A stretch of DNA of 64,000 bases, taken from an uncultured Anaerolineaceae bacterium. Its GTDB lineage: Bacteria; Chloroflexota; Anaerolineae; Anaerolineales; UBA11579. The translations under genes and the position numbers were made by a program. The stretch's first letter is position 1. Every line of letters starts with the position of its first letter. Positions 26,781 through 37,594 of this stretch are shown here, one piece after another. The notes under the pieces are model-generated. The model saw only the letters and a list, made by a program, of their open reading frames with translations. It was not told the DNA's origin and searched no databases. Location of the stretch: contig CAZNFL010000002.1 of NCBI GenBank assembly GCA_964572455.1, forward strand, positions 1,423-65,422, written 5' to 3'.

Positions 26781-29649
26781 CCTTGGGCTTGGCGCGGCCC
26801 TTGCTTCCAAATTGCTGCCAGGCCCAGCCTGCCAGCCAGCCCAAGCCGCAGCCGGCCAGGGCAAACAGCACTACCCCCCAGGCGCCCCCCACAACTAATA
26901 GCCCTTCGCTGCCCGGCAGGTCGAAGGCCAGGTAACTCCCCACAATTAGGCCTCCGATAAACGTAGTCAGACCGCAGCGCACAGCCCAACGTTTTTGGCC
27001 CAGGCGGGATCCGGTCTGGTAGACAAAATAGCCCGCTAACGTCGAAACCAGCGTAGAAAGGAACCACGCCACCGGGCCGGCGCGCATCGGTTCGGGCTCA
27101 GGGACTTCGACAACGGGCGTTTCCAGCGGCTGGGCGGAAGCGGTTGCTAGTAGTTGGGCTTGGGCTGTTTGCGTGGCCTGCAGCGCCAGGCCTTCAGGGT
27201 TGATGCCGATCACGTCAAAGCGCGCCGGCTCTGACATAGCCGCCGGCTCCCCGCTGGAGGCTGTGATCTCCAGGTTGCCTTCCTCTTCGATGGAATAACT
27301 GCCTGAAGCCAAGCCCAGCCGCGTGGTGGCGCTAATTTGACGCGTTAATGTCCCTCCTTCGCTCGCGATCGTGATGCCGAAGGTGACCGGCGTGTTGTCC
27401 GGCACCACGTGCCCATTGCGGTCCAAGATAGGCCCTGCCAACAGGCTGAGCAGATCGCCTGCTTGAAATATGACCGCCGGCGCGGCCTCCACCGTTTCTT
27501 GCCCCGCGGTCGGCGCCGCCGTCTCGGTCACTTCCAAAGGTGGGGCGGGTTGCGTCCGCTCCACACGCAGGGGGATTATCTGCGTTTCATCTGGGGCGGT
27601 CGCCTCGATCAGGTCATAACCGATCCCCTCAATGGACACCGGCGAATCCCCCGGACCGCTGAGCTCCTGAAACAGTAAGCGAGCGGCTACTTCAGCGATG
27701 CCCTTCCCTTTGCTATACAGCGCGTAATAAGCGGTGATCTTCGTGATGTCGGTGGCGTCCAGGTAATACGGCGCGTTCATGGCAAACACGATCACCTTTT
27801 TGTTTTGGATCAGGTCCGGCCGTTCCGAAAGCAGGCGGCGCAAAGCCGTTGACTCCGGCCGTGTGCTTTGTTTACCCAACGCAAATACCACCCATTCGGC
27901 GCGCTGCAAAGACCCGCGCACCGGATCCTCGCCGTCCGGCCATTGGTTGTCCAACGTGCGCGCCAGATGGGCAAATGAAAACGAGACCAGGTTAGCCGCA
28001 GTCGTTTGGTTGCCCGCGCCGGGTCCGTAAAGAGTCAAAACGGCGTTCTCCATGGCCATCGTATCCATTGACCCCTGGGTTTCGCAATAGCTGCATTGCA
28101 ATACGTCGTATCTGTCGGTAATGAAAACGATCTGTTCGAAGCGCCCCGGCGGCTCCGGCAGGATGTTGGCCAGCTCGTCTACGCTGGGGCTCAACAGCGT
28201 GGCAGCCTGCCGCCCCACTTCGAAAATAAGCGAATTGTTCTGACCCACCGTTTGGCCCCCGGTGATCTGTGAAGCAACAAGGCTTGGGCTGAAAGTTGGG
28301 TAGAGCTTGAATTTAAGCGTCAGGATGCGTGCAACGGATTGGTCCACTCTCTGGGCGAAGGCTTGGTCTTCGCGATATTTTTGCGCAAAGAATTGGACCG
28401 TGTTCCGAATGCTGGCATACGCATCCGGATCACCCGTGGCAAGGAAGTTGCCCAGATATAGCAAGTCCGATCCTGCCAGGAATGCATCCCGCGCCACCAG
28501 GGGCGAATTGAACAACTGCTCAGAAGGATCATAGTTGCGGCGCACAGCCCTGGTTCCCAGGTTGTCGCTCACGATCAGGCCGCCGCCGGCGCGCCACTCT
28601 GCAAATTGCGGCAGGGCCATCAGCTGGCTGAAGGCTTGGAAGTCGAAGCTGATCGGGCGCGTGGTGGCGCGGATATTTCCTTGAAAGCCCTGGTAGCGAA
28701 TGTGCGCCAATAGCATGCCGTCAGCAGTGGCCTCGGCGCTCGGCGCGTCTCCGGTGACGTTAAAAAATGGCGGCAGCTCGATCTGGGTGAGCTGGTCCAG
28801 AGATTTGCGCACGGTGGGCACTTCTTCATCCACCGGCCGGTCCGTTCCGCCGTAACCTGGCAGGTGCTTCGCCACTACGGCCACCTGATCCTCGCTGCCA
28901 ACGTGCACGCCGGTAATGAAGGCTTGCCCCATTTGGCCCACCCAGAAAGGATCTCCCCCGAAGCTGCGCACACCCAGATCACCCAGGCTTTGTGGGTTAG
29001 GGTTTTCCAGCACGTCCAGCGAGGGTCCCAATAAGAGATTGACGCCGACGGCGGAAAGTTCGGAGCCTAATAGTTCGCCAGCTTGTCGGGCGAACTCTGT
29101 GTCCCAGGTAGCGCCGATGGCCATAGCGCTCGGCAGGGGGCTCAACCCCTCCAGGATCTGATCGTTGGGGTAGCCATCCCCTTCCTGGGAAATGCTGATG
29201 AGCAGCGGAATATAGGTCGGCGTGTAGACGTCGTCGCTGATCACATCCTCGCGTTCTGTTTGCGAAGAGGCGGCCTCGGCCGCTTGCAGGTCGCGGGTCA
29301 GGTTCACCAGGCCTTCAACAGTTGCCGGGGCGGCCACGAAATTGTCCATATCCTGGCGCAAAACCACGCCGCCAACGTGATAGTTGGCGATCAGGTCATA
29401 GATCTGGTTTTCCTGGCCGGCAAATGGGCCGCTGAAGGTGACTAAAAAGAGTTGTCCTACGCGTTCCTCGGGGGTCAGTTCCTCGAGCAGATTAGCGGCC
29501 TTGGTCTGAGGGTTGTTCCCTTGCCCGGACGGGGCGGCAAGGCTGCCGCTTGCGCCTAGGCCCAGGTCGGCCAGTAGCAAAACGAACAGAAACCAGGCTC
29601 GCCAGGCTGACTGGTGCTTAGAAACCCAATTAGAAAAAAGAACCAACAT
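26758..29649 (-). CDS. Exported GH3 (NagZ-like) domain protein with C-terminal membrane anchor
   Basis: Signal peptide, ERVGQLF, QEG, PSAMAIGATWD, RSFGGDP, KHLPGYG, SDNL; about three C-terminal TM helices. Confidence 0.82.
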   Translation of the reverse strand: MLVLFSNWVSKHQSAWRAWFLFVLLLADLGLGASGSLAAPSGQGNNPQTKAANLLEELTPEERVGQLFLVTFSGPFAGQENQIYDLIANYHVGGVVLRQDMDNFVAAPATVEGLVNLTRDLQAAEAASSQTEREDVISDDVYTPTYIPLLISISQEGDGYPNDQILEGLSPLPSAMAIGATWDTEFARQAGELLGSELSAVGVNLLLGPSLDVLENPNPQSLGDLGVRSFGGDPFWVGQMGQAFITGVHVGSEDQVAVVAKHLPGYGGTDRPVDEEVPTVRKSLDQLTQIELPPFFNVTGDAPSAEATADGMLLAHIRYQGFQGNIRATTRPISFDFQAFSQLMALPQFAEWRAGGGLIVSDNLGTRAVRRNYDPSEQLFNSPLVARDAFLAGSDLLYLGNFLATGDPDAYASIRNTVQFFAQKYREDQAFAQRVDQSVARILTLKFKLYPTFSPSLVASQITGGQTVGQNNSLIFEVGRQAATLLSPSVDELANILPEPPGRFEQIVFITDRYDVLQCSYCETQGSMDTMAMENAVLTLYGPGAGNQTTAANLVSFSFAHLARTLDNQWPDGEDPVRGSLQRAEWVVFALGKQSTRPESTALRRLLSERPDLIQNKKVIVFAMNAPYYLDATDITKITAYYALYSKGKGIAEVAARLLFQELSGPGDSPVSIEGIGYDLIEATAPDETQIIPLRVERTQPAPPLEVTETAAPTAGQETVEAAPAVIFQAGDLLSLLAGPILDRNGHVVPDNTPVTFGITIASEGGTLTRQISATTRLGLASGSYSIEEEGNLEITASSGEPAAMSEPARFDVIGINPEGLALQATQTAQAQLLATASAQPLETPVVEVPEPEPMRAGPVAWFLSTLVSTLAGYFVYQTGSRLGQKRWAVRCGLTTFIGGLIVGSYLAFDLPGSEGLLVVGGAWGVVLFALAGCGLGWLAGWAWQQFGSKGRAKPKVNDPPQQ

Positions 29650-29851
29650 CCGGTTTTATTCACCGCCAAATAAGAGTTAGAGCCTTTCCCCGTTGCGATG
29701 GGCTCGCAACCGCGATTATAGCATGCGCATAAGAGGCAATTAATTAGCTGATTATTGATACTCGTCTTTCGGGGGATCCGCTAATTGATTGCCTGAGCTT
29801 GTTTTTGGTGCTGGAAATCAAGCTGGCGTTTGCGTCCTTTGCAAACGCCGA

Positions 29852-29902
29852 ATCCAAATGCCATTCCAGCGCTGGTTTTGGCGTTTGGAATGGCATTTGG
29901 AT
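29852..29902. promoter_or_regulatory. Perfect 17-bp inverted repeat overlapping the GT2 promoter
   Basis: atccaaatgccattcca (29852-29868) / tggaatggcatttggat (29886-29902); TATAAT at 29907-29912. Confidence 0.55.
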
Positions 29903-29919
29903 AGCATATAATCGCGCGC

Positions 29920-30600
29920 ATGAAACTGAGCATTATCGTGCCGATCTACAATGAAGGCGCCACAATTGCCAAGATCATCAGCCGCGTGCTGGCGGTGAAG
30001 CTGGCCGACGAGATCATTGTGGTCGATGATGGTTCTACGGACGGCACCGCGGCCGCCCTGGCGAGACTTCGGTCCGAGAAGGTGCGCGTGGTCACGCATC
30101 CCCGCAACCGCGGCAAGGGCGCCGCGGTGCGCAGCGGCCTCCAGGCTGCTCAGGGCGATCTCATCTTGATCCAGGATGGCGACCTGGAATATGACCCGCG
30201 CGACATCCCGGCCTTGCTCAAACCTATCGACGAGGGAATTGCCGACGTGGTCTACGGTTCCCGCTTCCTGGGCGGGCCGCGCCGCCCGACCATGTACTGG
30301 CACATGGTGGCCAATAAAATGCTCACCTTCCAAACTAACGTGCTCTACAACACCATCCTCACAGATATGGAGACTGGCTACAAATTATTTCGCCGCGACG
30401 TCCTGGCAGACATTCACATTCGCTCTAACCACTTCGACTTTGAACCGGAAATTACGGCCAAATTACTTAAACGTCATACGCGCATTTATGAGGTACCGAT
30501 CTCTTTCAACCCCCGCGACTATTCAGAAGGGAAGAAGATCGGCTTGAAGGACGCCTTTTCCGCCTTTTGGGCGTTGCTTAAATATCGTTTTGTGGATTAG
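29920..30600 (+). CDS. Glycosyltransferase family 2 (DPM1-like)
   Basis: SIIVPIYNE, VDDGSTDGT, NRGKGAA, QDGDLEYDP, GSRF. Confidence 0.92.
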   Translation: MKLSIIVPIYNEGATIAKIISRVLAVKLADEIIVVDDGSTDGTAAALARLRSEKVRVVTHPRNRGKGAAVRSGLQAAQGDLILIQDGDLEYDPRDIPALLKPIDEGIADVVYGSRFLGGPRRPTMYWHMVANKMLTFQTNVLYNTILTDMETGYKLFRRDVLADIHIRSNHFDFEPEITAKLLKRHTRIYEVPISFNPRDYSEGKKIGLKDAFSAFWALLKYRFVD

Positions 30601-30724
30601 CCGACCTTTTTGGTCACACCCCGAGCGCCGGAGAGGCTTAACCTGCTTTATCTATTACAATCATGAAGCCTTGGGCAACTCTGGCACAGGATGAGCAGGT
30701 CCGCTAAAGGAGAAAAAGAGACCC

Positions 30725-31363
30725 GTGAATAGCTGCAATTGCGAAGGTTTCGAAGTCGAGTTCGATCAGACGAACGCGGCCGCCGATTTGGAAAGATATC
30801 GCAGCACCGGTCCTGACAAGACTACCCAGATTTTGCTCGATGCGCTGAAGGATGAAGGCGTGCAAGGCATGAGCCTTTTGGACATCGGCGGCGGAGTGGG
30901 TGTCGTGCAACACGAACTGCTCAAAGCCGGCGTGAAAGCTGCGATCAGCGTTGAGGCGTCAAATTCTTATGCTGGCGCTGCCCACGAAGAGGCTGAGCGT
31001 CAGAGTCACACCAAGCGCATAAAGCACGAATTCGGTAATTTTGTAGACTTGGCCGAAAGAATTCCGAAGGCCGATATTGTCACTCTGGACCGGGTGGTCT
31101 GCTGCTACAAGGATATGAGGGCGTTAGTTGGTCTCTCCGCAGCGCATGCGTCGAAGTTGTACGGGGTCGTCTATCCGAGAGACCATTGGTTTGCGAAAAC
31201 TCGCGTTGCTATCGAAAATTTTTTTCACCGGATAAAAGGAAAACAATACAGGGCATATGTACATTCTGCAAAGGCAGTGGACGCGCTGATCCGGGGCGCT
31301 GGTTTGAAGCGCCGCTCGTATCACCAAACCCTGCTTTGGCAAGTCATTGTCTATGGTCGGTGA
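30725..31363 (+). CDS. Class I SAM-dependent methyltransferase
   Basis: LLDIGGGVG, DIVTLDRVVCCY; AAGGAG RBS before a GTG start. Confidence 0.82.
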   Translation: MNSCNCEGFEVEFDQTNAAADLERYRSTGPDKTTQILLDALKDEGVQGMSLLDIGGGVGVVQHELLKAGVKAAISVEASNSYAGAAHEEAERQSHTKRIKHEFGNFVDLAERIPKADIVTLDRVVCCYKDMRALVGLSAAHASKLYGVVYPRDHWFAKTRVAIENFFHRIKGKQYRAYVHSAKAVDALIRGAGLKRRSYHQTLLWQVIVYGR

Positions 31364-31512
31364 GTTTGATGGTCACACAGGCTATTGGGTGCATCCGCAA
31401 TCCAGGGTATTAACCGTTACCTAATGAAGGTAAAACGTATCCACAGAAGTAGGTTTCAAAAGTTAAGTCGCACGTCTCACAGTAGGTAATTCTGGATAAG
31501 GAGAATTGCAAT

Positions 31513-32058
31513 ATGAACTCTCAAATCACCATCCGTGAATCTCTGCAGGGAGTGATCAAGCGGCTGACTGAAAATCCTGAAAAAGCAGTGGGACCGGATA
31601 GCGAGGCGGTCACTGTCCTTGAAGAGGGGTTGCGGGTTCGCGCCTCGGGTCCCAATGGTCAAACACTTGTTTGTGATATGCCCAAAGGAATGGGTGGCCA
31701 GGCAACAGCTCCATCTCCGGGCTGGATGGCGCGCGCTTCCCTCGCCAATTGCGAAGCTGTGATGGTGGCCCTGCGAGCCGCCCAGCTTGGTGTGAAATTG
31801 AAATCCCTCGAAGTCCGTGTGGATAGTGTTTCTGACGACCGCGGTATGCTTGGCATCGACCTTACCAACCCCGCAGGCCCATTGAACATGAAGGTCAGCG
31901 TCCGCATTGACGCAGATGGAAGCTCTCCGAAACAACTTCATGAAATCATAGAATGGGCAGTAAAACACTCTCCTGTTGGCGATATAGTGTCACGTGGTGT
32001 CCCGATCGAATATGTAGTGCGGGTGGGAAAAGAGCTAATAAACCAACCAAAGACATAA
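31513..32058 (+). CDS. OsmC family protein
   Basis: DMPKGMGG...PSPG...ASLANC, HSPVGD; AAGGAG RBS. Confidence 0.85.
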   Translation: MNSQITIRESLQGVIKRLTENPEKAVGPDSEAVTVLEEGLRVRASGPNGQTLVCDMPKGMGGQATAPSPGWMARASLANCEAVMVALRAAQLGVKLKSLEVRVDSVSDDRGMLGIDLTNPAGPLNMKVSVRIDADGSSPKQLHEIIEWAVKHSPVGDIVSRGVPIEYVVRVGKELINQPKT

Positions 32059-32133
32059 ATTCACCCTCTTATATCGCCAGTAGTTGCCCACCAGAACCAT
32101 GGCATAAAACACGGACAATCAAAGGAAATTTGC

Positions 32134-32952
32134 ATGAGTGAAATGACGCCCGAAATGGAATCGCTGAAAGCCCGCCTTAAGGCAATATGGATGACAGGTG
32201 ATTATGGCGTGTTCGCCAAATACCTTGAGCCTGGTGCACTGGAGATCCTGGAGCGTATGCATCTTGCCCCCGGTAGCCGAATGCTCGATGTAGCTTGCGG
32301 CGCAGGTCAAATTTCCATTCCCGCCGCACGTGCCGGAGTGAAAGTTACCGGGGTGGATATCGCCACAAACCTGATTGAACAGGCGCGGGCTCGGGCCGCC
32401 GCCGAGGGGTTGAGCATCCAATTCGATGAAGGCGATGCCGAACAATTGCCATATCCCGACCTTTCGTTCGACACCGTCGTAAGCCTGATTGGCGCAATGT
32501 TCGCCCCGCGGCCGGAGCGAGTTGCAAACGAGTTAGTGCGCGTGTGTCGCCCGGGGGGCCGCATCATAATGGTGAACTGGACCCCTTCAGGTTTTGTTGG
32601 CCAAATGTTTCAGATCATTGGCAAACACGTGCCGCCGACTTCCAACGTCCCTTCGCCCACAAAATGGGGCGACGAGGATACCGTTCGTGGGCGGCTGCAC
32701 GATGGCATCGCTAACTTGGAACTCACCAAAAGGTTTTATCCATTCAAATACCCTTTCCCGCCTGCCGATGTAGTCGAATTCCTTCGCACATATTATGGGC
32801 CCACGCAAAGGGCATTCGCTGCACTCGACCCAGATGGCCAAGCCGCCCTGCGGCACGATCTTGAGCAATTATGGACAGTGCCTAACCTGGCAAAAGACGG
32901 CACGACCCATGTTGAGTCAGAATACCTTGAAGTCATAGCCACCCGAGGCTAA
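32134..32952 (+). CDS. Class I SAM-dependent methyltransferase (UbiE-like)
   Basis: [29 protein letters not shown]. Confidence 0.9.
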   Translation: MSEMTPEMESLKARLKAIWMTGDYGVFAKYLEPGALEILERMHLAPGSRMLDVACGAGQISIPAARAGVKVTGVDIATNLIEQARARAAAEGLSIQFDEGDAEQLPYPDLSFDTVVSLIGAMFAPRPERVANELVRVCRPGGRIIMVNWTPSGFVGQMFQIIGKHVPPTSNVPSPTKWGDEDTVRGRLHDGIANLELTKRFYPFKYPFPPADVVEFLRTYYGPTQRAFAALDPDGQAALRHDLEQLWTVPNLAKDGTTHVESEYLEVIATRG

Positions 32953-33025
32953 AATTGGCAGCGTTATTTCTTGGCTAGAATTTTCGTTACAATAATGATC
33001 TCTTTTGAAGTTAAGGAGCAAAAAA

Positions 33026-33304
33026 ATGCCAAAATACCTGATTGAGGTCCCCCACGAAGCCACCAAAGAGGCCTGTGAGCTAGTCCAGCTTGCTTTCTAC
33101 CGAACTGGCTCCCACTTCGTGACCAACGCCGATTGGGGCTGTTCGGATGGCGAACACAAAGCCTGGATAAATGTTGAAGTGGATAGCAAGGAAGAGGCAA
33201 AGATGATTTTGCCGCCCGCCTTCCGCGTCCATGCTAAAGTCATCGAGCTTCAGAAACTTGATAGGGAGACCATGGAGCAAGTCCTTAACAAACACAAAGG
33301 CTAG
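33026..33304 (+). CDS. Small conserved-looking hypothetical protein (92 aa)
   Basis: AAGGAG RBS; MPKYLIEVPH...C...WGC..GEH. Confidence 0.7.
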   Translation: MPKYLIEVPHEATKEACELVQLAFYRTGSHFVTNADWGCSDGEHKAWINVEVDSKEEAKMILPPAFRVHAKVIELQKLDRETMEQVLNKHKG

Positions 33305-33314
33305 CCCTGCCTTT

Positions 33315-34430
33315 ATGAGTTCAGGCAATGAGGATTACGATGTAATCATTGTTGGGACGCGGGTAGGCGGTGCTATTTTAGGCAGCCTTCTGGGCGAAAT
33401 AGGCTACACCGTCCTTGCCCTGGACCGGGCTCATTTCCCTAGCGACACACTCTCCACCCATTTCTTTCGTGCCCCTGCCTTGCGTGCATTCCACGCTATC
33501 GGCGTATTAGATGAGGTGCGCGCCACAGCCCCCCAACTCACCGTCAATTACAACGTGATTGACGGGATTGCCTTCCCCGAACCGGTGGATCGGCCCGAAG
33601 ACTATCCTTTCTTCATGAGTGTTCGGCGAATCACATTGGACCATATTCTCGTTCGGCGGCTGAAGGCCACACCAACTGTGAAGGTGATTGAGGGTGCAAT
33701 CGTGAACGCCCTCGTCAATGAAAATGGCCGAGTTGCTGGCTTAGCATGGAAAGACGAAACCGGAATGCATGAGGCTCGCGCCCGGGTAGTGGTTGGGGCG
33801 GATGGCATTCACTCTTTTGTGGCCAAAACTGTAAAAGCGCAAACCGAGCATGAGCAAGTGGCGCAGCGAGCCATGTATTACTCTTATTTCAGCGGCGTGG
33901 AGCACCACGCTGGTCCTGCCGCCGAATTCCACTATCGCGGAAACCAAATCGCTTACCTAATGCCCACGGATGGCGACCTAACTCTGCTGGCTGTCTCCGT
34001 TCCCATCACCAGGTTTGGCGAGTTCAAACGCGATCCCGAAGGCAGCCTAATGCGGGAATTGGGCCTGATGAGCGATATTGCCCCACGCCTCCCGAAAGCG
34101 CTACGTCAACTTCCGGTACAGGGTAGCGGAAGCATCCCCTGTTACATGCGCATCCCATTCGGTCCAGGCTGGGCGTTAGTGGGTGATGCCGGCATGGTCA
34201 TGGACCCCTGGTCTGGTCAAGGAATTGATCAGGCCTCAGCGCACGCAATGTTGCTTGCTGAAAATCTAGAGAACTATCTGTCCGCTAAGCTCGATTGGGT
34301 TGAAGCTCTTACAAATTATCACCGCGAGCGAAACAAATTTAGCCAAAAAACCTATCGCCGCACCAGCAGCTTCGCCTCTGACTTGCGCCCTATGACGCAG
34401 GCAGCGCTTGCAAAACGCGGTCTGAAATAA
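33315..34430 (+). CDS. FAD-dependent oxidoreductase/monooxygenase
   Basis: DVIIVG..GG, FPSDTLSTH, VVGADG, GWALVGDAG..DP..GQG. Confidence 0.88.
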   Translation: MSSGNEDYDVIIVGTRVGGAILGSLLGEIGYTVLALDRAHFPSDTLSTHFFRAPALRAFHAIGVLDEVRATAPQLTVNYNVIDGIAFPEPVDRPEDYPFFMSVRRITLDHILVRRLKATPTVKVIEGAIVNALVNENGRVAGLAWKDETGMHEARARVVVGADGIHSFVAKTVKAQTEHEQVAQRAMYYSYFSGVEHHAGPAAEFHYRGNQIAYLMPTDGDLTLLAVSVPITRFGEFKRDPEGSLMRELGLMSDIAPRLPKALRQLPVQGSGSIPCYMRIPFGPGWALVGDAGMVMDPWSGQGIDQASAHAMLLAENLENYLSAKLDWVEALTNYHRERNKFSQKTYRRTSSFASDLRPMTQAALAKRGLK

Positions 34431-34443
34431 ATTTCGTCACTTT

Positions 34444-36144
34444 TTATATTGCACCACTTGGTTTCAAATCCCTCACATTAAGCTGCAGCCTGCTGCGGCC
34501 GTTGAATTCATTGGCTTCGAAGCGATAAAGCAGGTCTACGACCTTGGGCATGGCTTGAACCCAGTGGCCCTGGCGAAAGGCGATGGCATCGTAGGTAATG
34601 CGCCCATCGGTAACGGTGAGCTTGAGGTGTTTGCCGTCACCCACCGCCCGCGCATCCCGCACTTGCAGGCCGCGGGTCACTAAATTGATCTGTGGGTTTC
34701 CGTAACCGGTGGGCTCGATCAGCTCCAATTGGTTCAGGATGTCCGCCTTAAGCTCAGCCAAGGGCAGCTCGGCGTCCGCAACCAGCACAGGATGCAGGTC
34801 CAGATTGCCCAGTTGTTGCTGGGCCAGCTTTTGCAATCGCTCCAGCGCTTCGGGCAATTTGTCATTGGGCACAGTGAAACCGGCCGCCGCGGCATGCCCG
34901 CCAAAATTTCGAAATAAATCCGCGCAGGTCTCCAGCGCCCTTGTAATGTGGAATTCCGGGATGCTGCGGCAGGAAGCCCGCGTGAATTCCAGCCCGCGTT
35001 GCCCCACAATGGCGGGTCGATAGAATTTATCCACCAGTCGGGAAGCCACTAGCCCAACCACGCCAGGGTTGTATTCCTCGTGGATGGCGGTGATCAGCAG
35101 CGCATCTGTTTGGGCCGCGGCGATCTCTTCCGCCGATGCGGTCATCTCTCGGGTGAGCTGCTGCCGCTCCCGGTTTTGGTTGTCCAAATATTGCGCCAGC
35201 CGTCCGGCCTCAAAGACATCGTTGGTCATCAGTAATTTCAGGGCATTCAGGGCCGTTTCCAAGCGCCCGGCGGCATTCAGCCGTGGGCCGAGCAGAAAAC
35301 CGATGTCTCCAGAGCGCACCGCCGCTGGCTTAAGCCCGGAGACGCCGATCAACGACAAAACCCCCTGCCGGGTGGGCTTTCGCAGGCCGCCCAGCCCCTC
35401 GCGCACCATCCAGCGGTTCTCGCCGGTTAGCGGCACCATATCGGCCACGGTCCCCAGCGCCACCAGGTCCAGCAGAGTATTCGCCGCGGGCTGCAGCCCG
35501 GATCCCAGCCGTTGCTCCAGTGCGCAGGCCAGCTTGAAGGCGGTGCCTACGCCCGCCAATTGTTTTTCCACATATTCATCGCCGGCCTGTTTGGTGTTGA
35601 TCACCGCAAAGGCGTCCGGCATTTCGGGGCCCGGGGAATGGTGGTCCGTGATGATCAGGTCCAGGCCAATACGCTTAGCTTCGGCCGCCTCGTTTAGCGA
35701 GCGGATGCCGCAGTCCACGGAAACCACCACCGCCGCGCCGTTTTCCTTCAATTGCTGCAGCGCGGCGATATTCAGTCCGTACCCCTCTTCAAAGCGGTCG
35801 GGAATATAAGGTTGGGCTTGGCCGCCCAGGGCTTGTAAGCTGTTCAGCAGCAAGGCCGTGGCGGTGACCCCGTCGGCGTCGTAATCCCCATAAACCACAA
35901 TCGGCTCACCATTCTTGATGGCGAAGGAGAGGCGCTCCACTGCCGCCTCCATGCCTTTCATTTTGAACGGATTGTTGTTTTCAGGTGGCAGGGCGGCCAG
36001 GAAGCGCCTGGCTTCTTCTGCGGTCCCCAGCCCGCGGTTGAATAACACCTGCTGCAGCAGCGCTGGGTAGCCTGCCAGGCCCTGCGCCGCTTCCGCGGTT
36101 AGCCGGTTGGCGACTTGCCAATGTTTTTCGATAATATTTTCCAT
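34444..36144 (-). CDS. recJ: ssDNA-specific exonuclease RecJ
   Basis: YGDYDADG, TDHH, GTVAD, PRLNAAGR, GGHAAAAG. Confidence 0.96.
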   Translation of the reverse strand: MENIIEKHWQVANRLTAEAAQGLAGYPALLQQVLFNRGLGTAEEARRFLAALPPENNNPFKMKGMEAAVERLSFAIKNGEPIVVYGDYDADGVTATALLLNSLQALGGQAQPYIPDRFEEGYGLNIAALQQLKENGAAVVVSVDCGIRSLNEAAEAKRIGLDLIITDHHSPGPEMPDAFAVINTKQAGDEYVEKQLAGVGTAFKLACALEQRLGSGLQPAANTLLDLVALGTVADMVPLTGENRWMVREGLGGLRKPTRQGVLSLIGVSGLKPAAVRSGDIGFLLGPRLNAAGRLETALNALKLLMTNDVFEAGRLAQYLDNQNRERQQLTREMTASAEEIAAAQTDALLITAIHEEYNPGVVGLVASRLVDKFYRPAIVGQRGLEFTRASCRSIPEFHITRALETCADLFRNFGGHAAAAGFTVPNDKLPEALERLQKLAQQQLGNLDLHPVLVADAELPLAELKADILNQLELIEPTGYGNPQINLVTRGLQVRDARAVGDGKHLKLTVTDGRITYDAIAFRQGHWVQAMPKVVDLLYRFEANEFNGRSRLQLNVRDLKPSGAI

Positions 36145-36248
36145 GGAACGACGCTAATCATACCGTGAACTCTCGCACAATCGTTCTGAAAGCGCTTTTT
36201 TCCGCTGCGTTTGACGCTGCTTCTAAACACTGCTATCATCCACGCGCT

Positions 36249-37586
36249 ATGCTAGCTCGGCTTTCGTCTGGGTTCCGCGTTGCCTTGTCTGAAGCCGGGC
36301 GTGTTCTGCGCTGGCTTACCCCAGGCCTGGGGATTAAACGCTGGATCCTGCTTATCCTATTTGGAACTTTTATGATCGGCATTGGTGGCGCCATGCTGGT
36401 GCTGGATGTGTATCGCACTGCGCCGGATACCTGGTGGCTGCCCATCTTCGATTGGCTTTCGCTGCGTTTCCTCGATCGCACCTTGCGCGCCGCGATTTTC
36501 GGCGGCTTGGGCATTGCCGGCCTGGTCTACGGTGTGTTGAAGATGAATCGCAATCTGCTGGCTCCCTATTTGCAGCCCGGCCGCCGCGTGGTCGATACCC
36601 TGGCTGATCACCGCAAGCGCGGCCGCGGGCCGCGCATCGTCGTGATTGGCGGCGGGCATGGCATGGCCACCCTGTTGCGCGGTCTGAAAGCGCACACTTA
36701 TAACCTCACCGCCATTGTCACTGTGGCGGATGACGGCGGTTCCTCCGGACGCCTGCGCAGCAATCTGGGCGTCCTACCTCCGGGTGACATCCGCAATTGC
36801 CTGGCAGCGCTTTCCAATGACGAAACCCTCATTACACAATTATTTCAATATCGCTTTTCCAGCGGCGAGAATGGCATGGATGGGCATTCCTTCGGAAATT
36901 TGTTCATCAGCGCACTGAGTGAGATCACTGGGAGTTTCGAAGAAGCCGTCGCCGAATCCGGCCGGGTCCTCTCAGTGCACGGGCGGGTGTTGCCCGCCAC
37001 CCTGCACGACGTGCGCTTGGTGGCCGATCTGGCGGTGCCCCTCTCCAGCGCCGAAGTGCGCGTCCATGGCGAGAGCCAGATCCCCTCGGTGGCCGGTGCT
37101 GTTCGTCGCGTTTGGCTGGAGCCGAACTCACCGCCCGCCTATCCCGACGCGGTTAACGCCCTGCTCAACGCTGACCTGATCGTGATCGGGCCTGGTTCCC
37201 TGTATACGAGCATTCTTCCCAACTTGTTGGTGCCTGATCTGGCTGCTGCCATCCGCAACAGCCCCGCCTTGAAGATCTTTATTTGCAACCTGGCCACCCA
37301 GACCGGCGAAACCGATGGTTATGCCTGCGGCGATCACATTCGCGCCCTTGAAACCCATGTCGGTCCGGGATTCTTTGATATCGTGCTCAGCAATCGCCAA
37401 CAAAGCAGCCTGCTACCTGAGGGCGCTCAATGGGTGGTGACCGAAGAGGGCCTGGAAGAGCAATATGCGCTATATCGCGCCGATCTGGCCGACCCCGAGC
37501 ACCCCGGGCATCATCAGACGACTATTCTGGCTCAAACGTTGATCGACTTGCTCCAGGAACGCACCGGCCCCTTGGCTAAAGACTAA
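36249..37586 (+). CDS. yvcK: Gluconeogenesis factor YvcK/GlmR (CofD-like) with N-terminal TM segments
   Basis: [37 protein letters not shown]. Confidence 0.88.
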   Translation: MLARLSSGFRVALSEAGRVLRWLTPGLGIKRWILLILFGTFMIGIGGAMLVLDVYRTAPDTWWLPIFDWLSLRFLDRTLRAAIFGGLGIAGLVYGVLKMNRNLLAPYLQPGRRVVDTLADHRKRGRGPRIVVIGGGHGMATLLRGLKAHTYNLTAIVTVADDGGSSGRLRSNLGVLPPGDIRNCLAALSNDETLITQLFQYRFSSGENGMDGHSFGNLFISALSEITGSFEEAVAESGRVLSVHGRVLPATLHDVRLVADLAVPLSSAEVRVHGESQIPSVAGAVRRVWLEPNSPPAYPDAVNALLNADLIVIGPGSLYTSILPNLLVPDLAAAIRNSPALKIFICNLATQTGETDGYACGDHIRALETHVGPGFFDIVLSNRQQSSLLPEGAQWVVTEEGLEEQYALYRADLADPEHPGHHQTTILAQTLIDLLQERTGPLAKD

Positions 37587-37594
37587 GTGGATTC

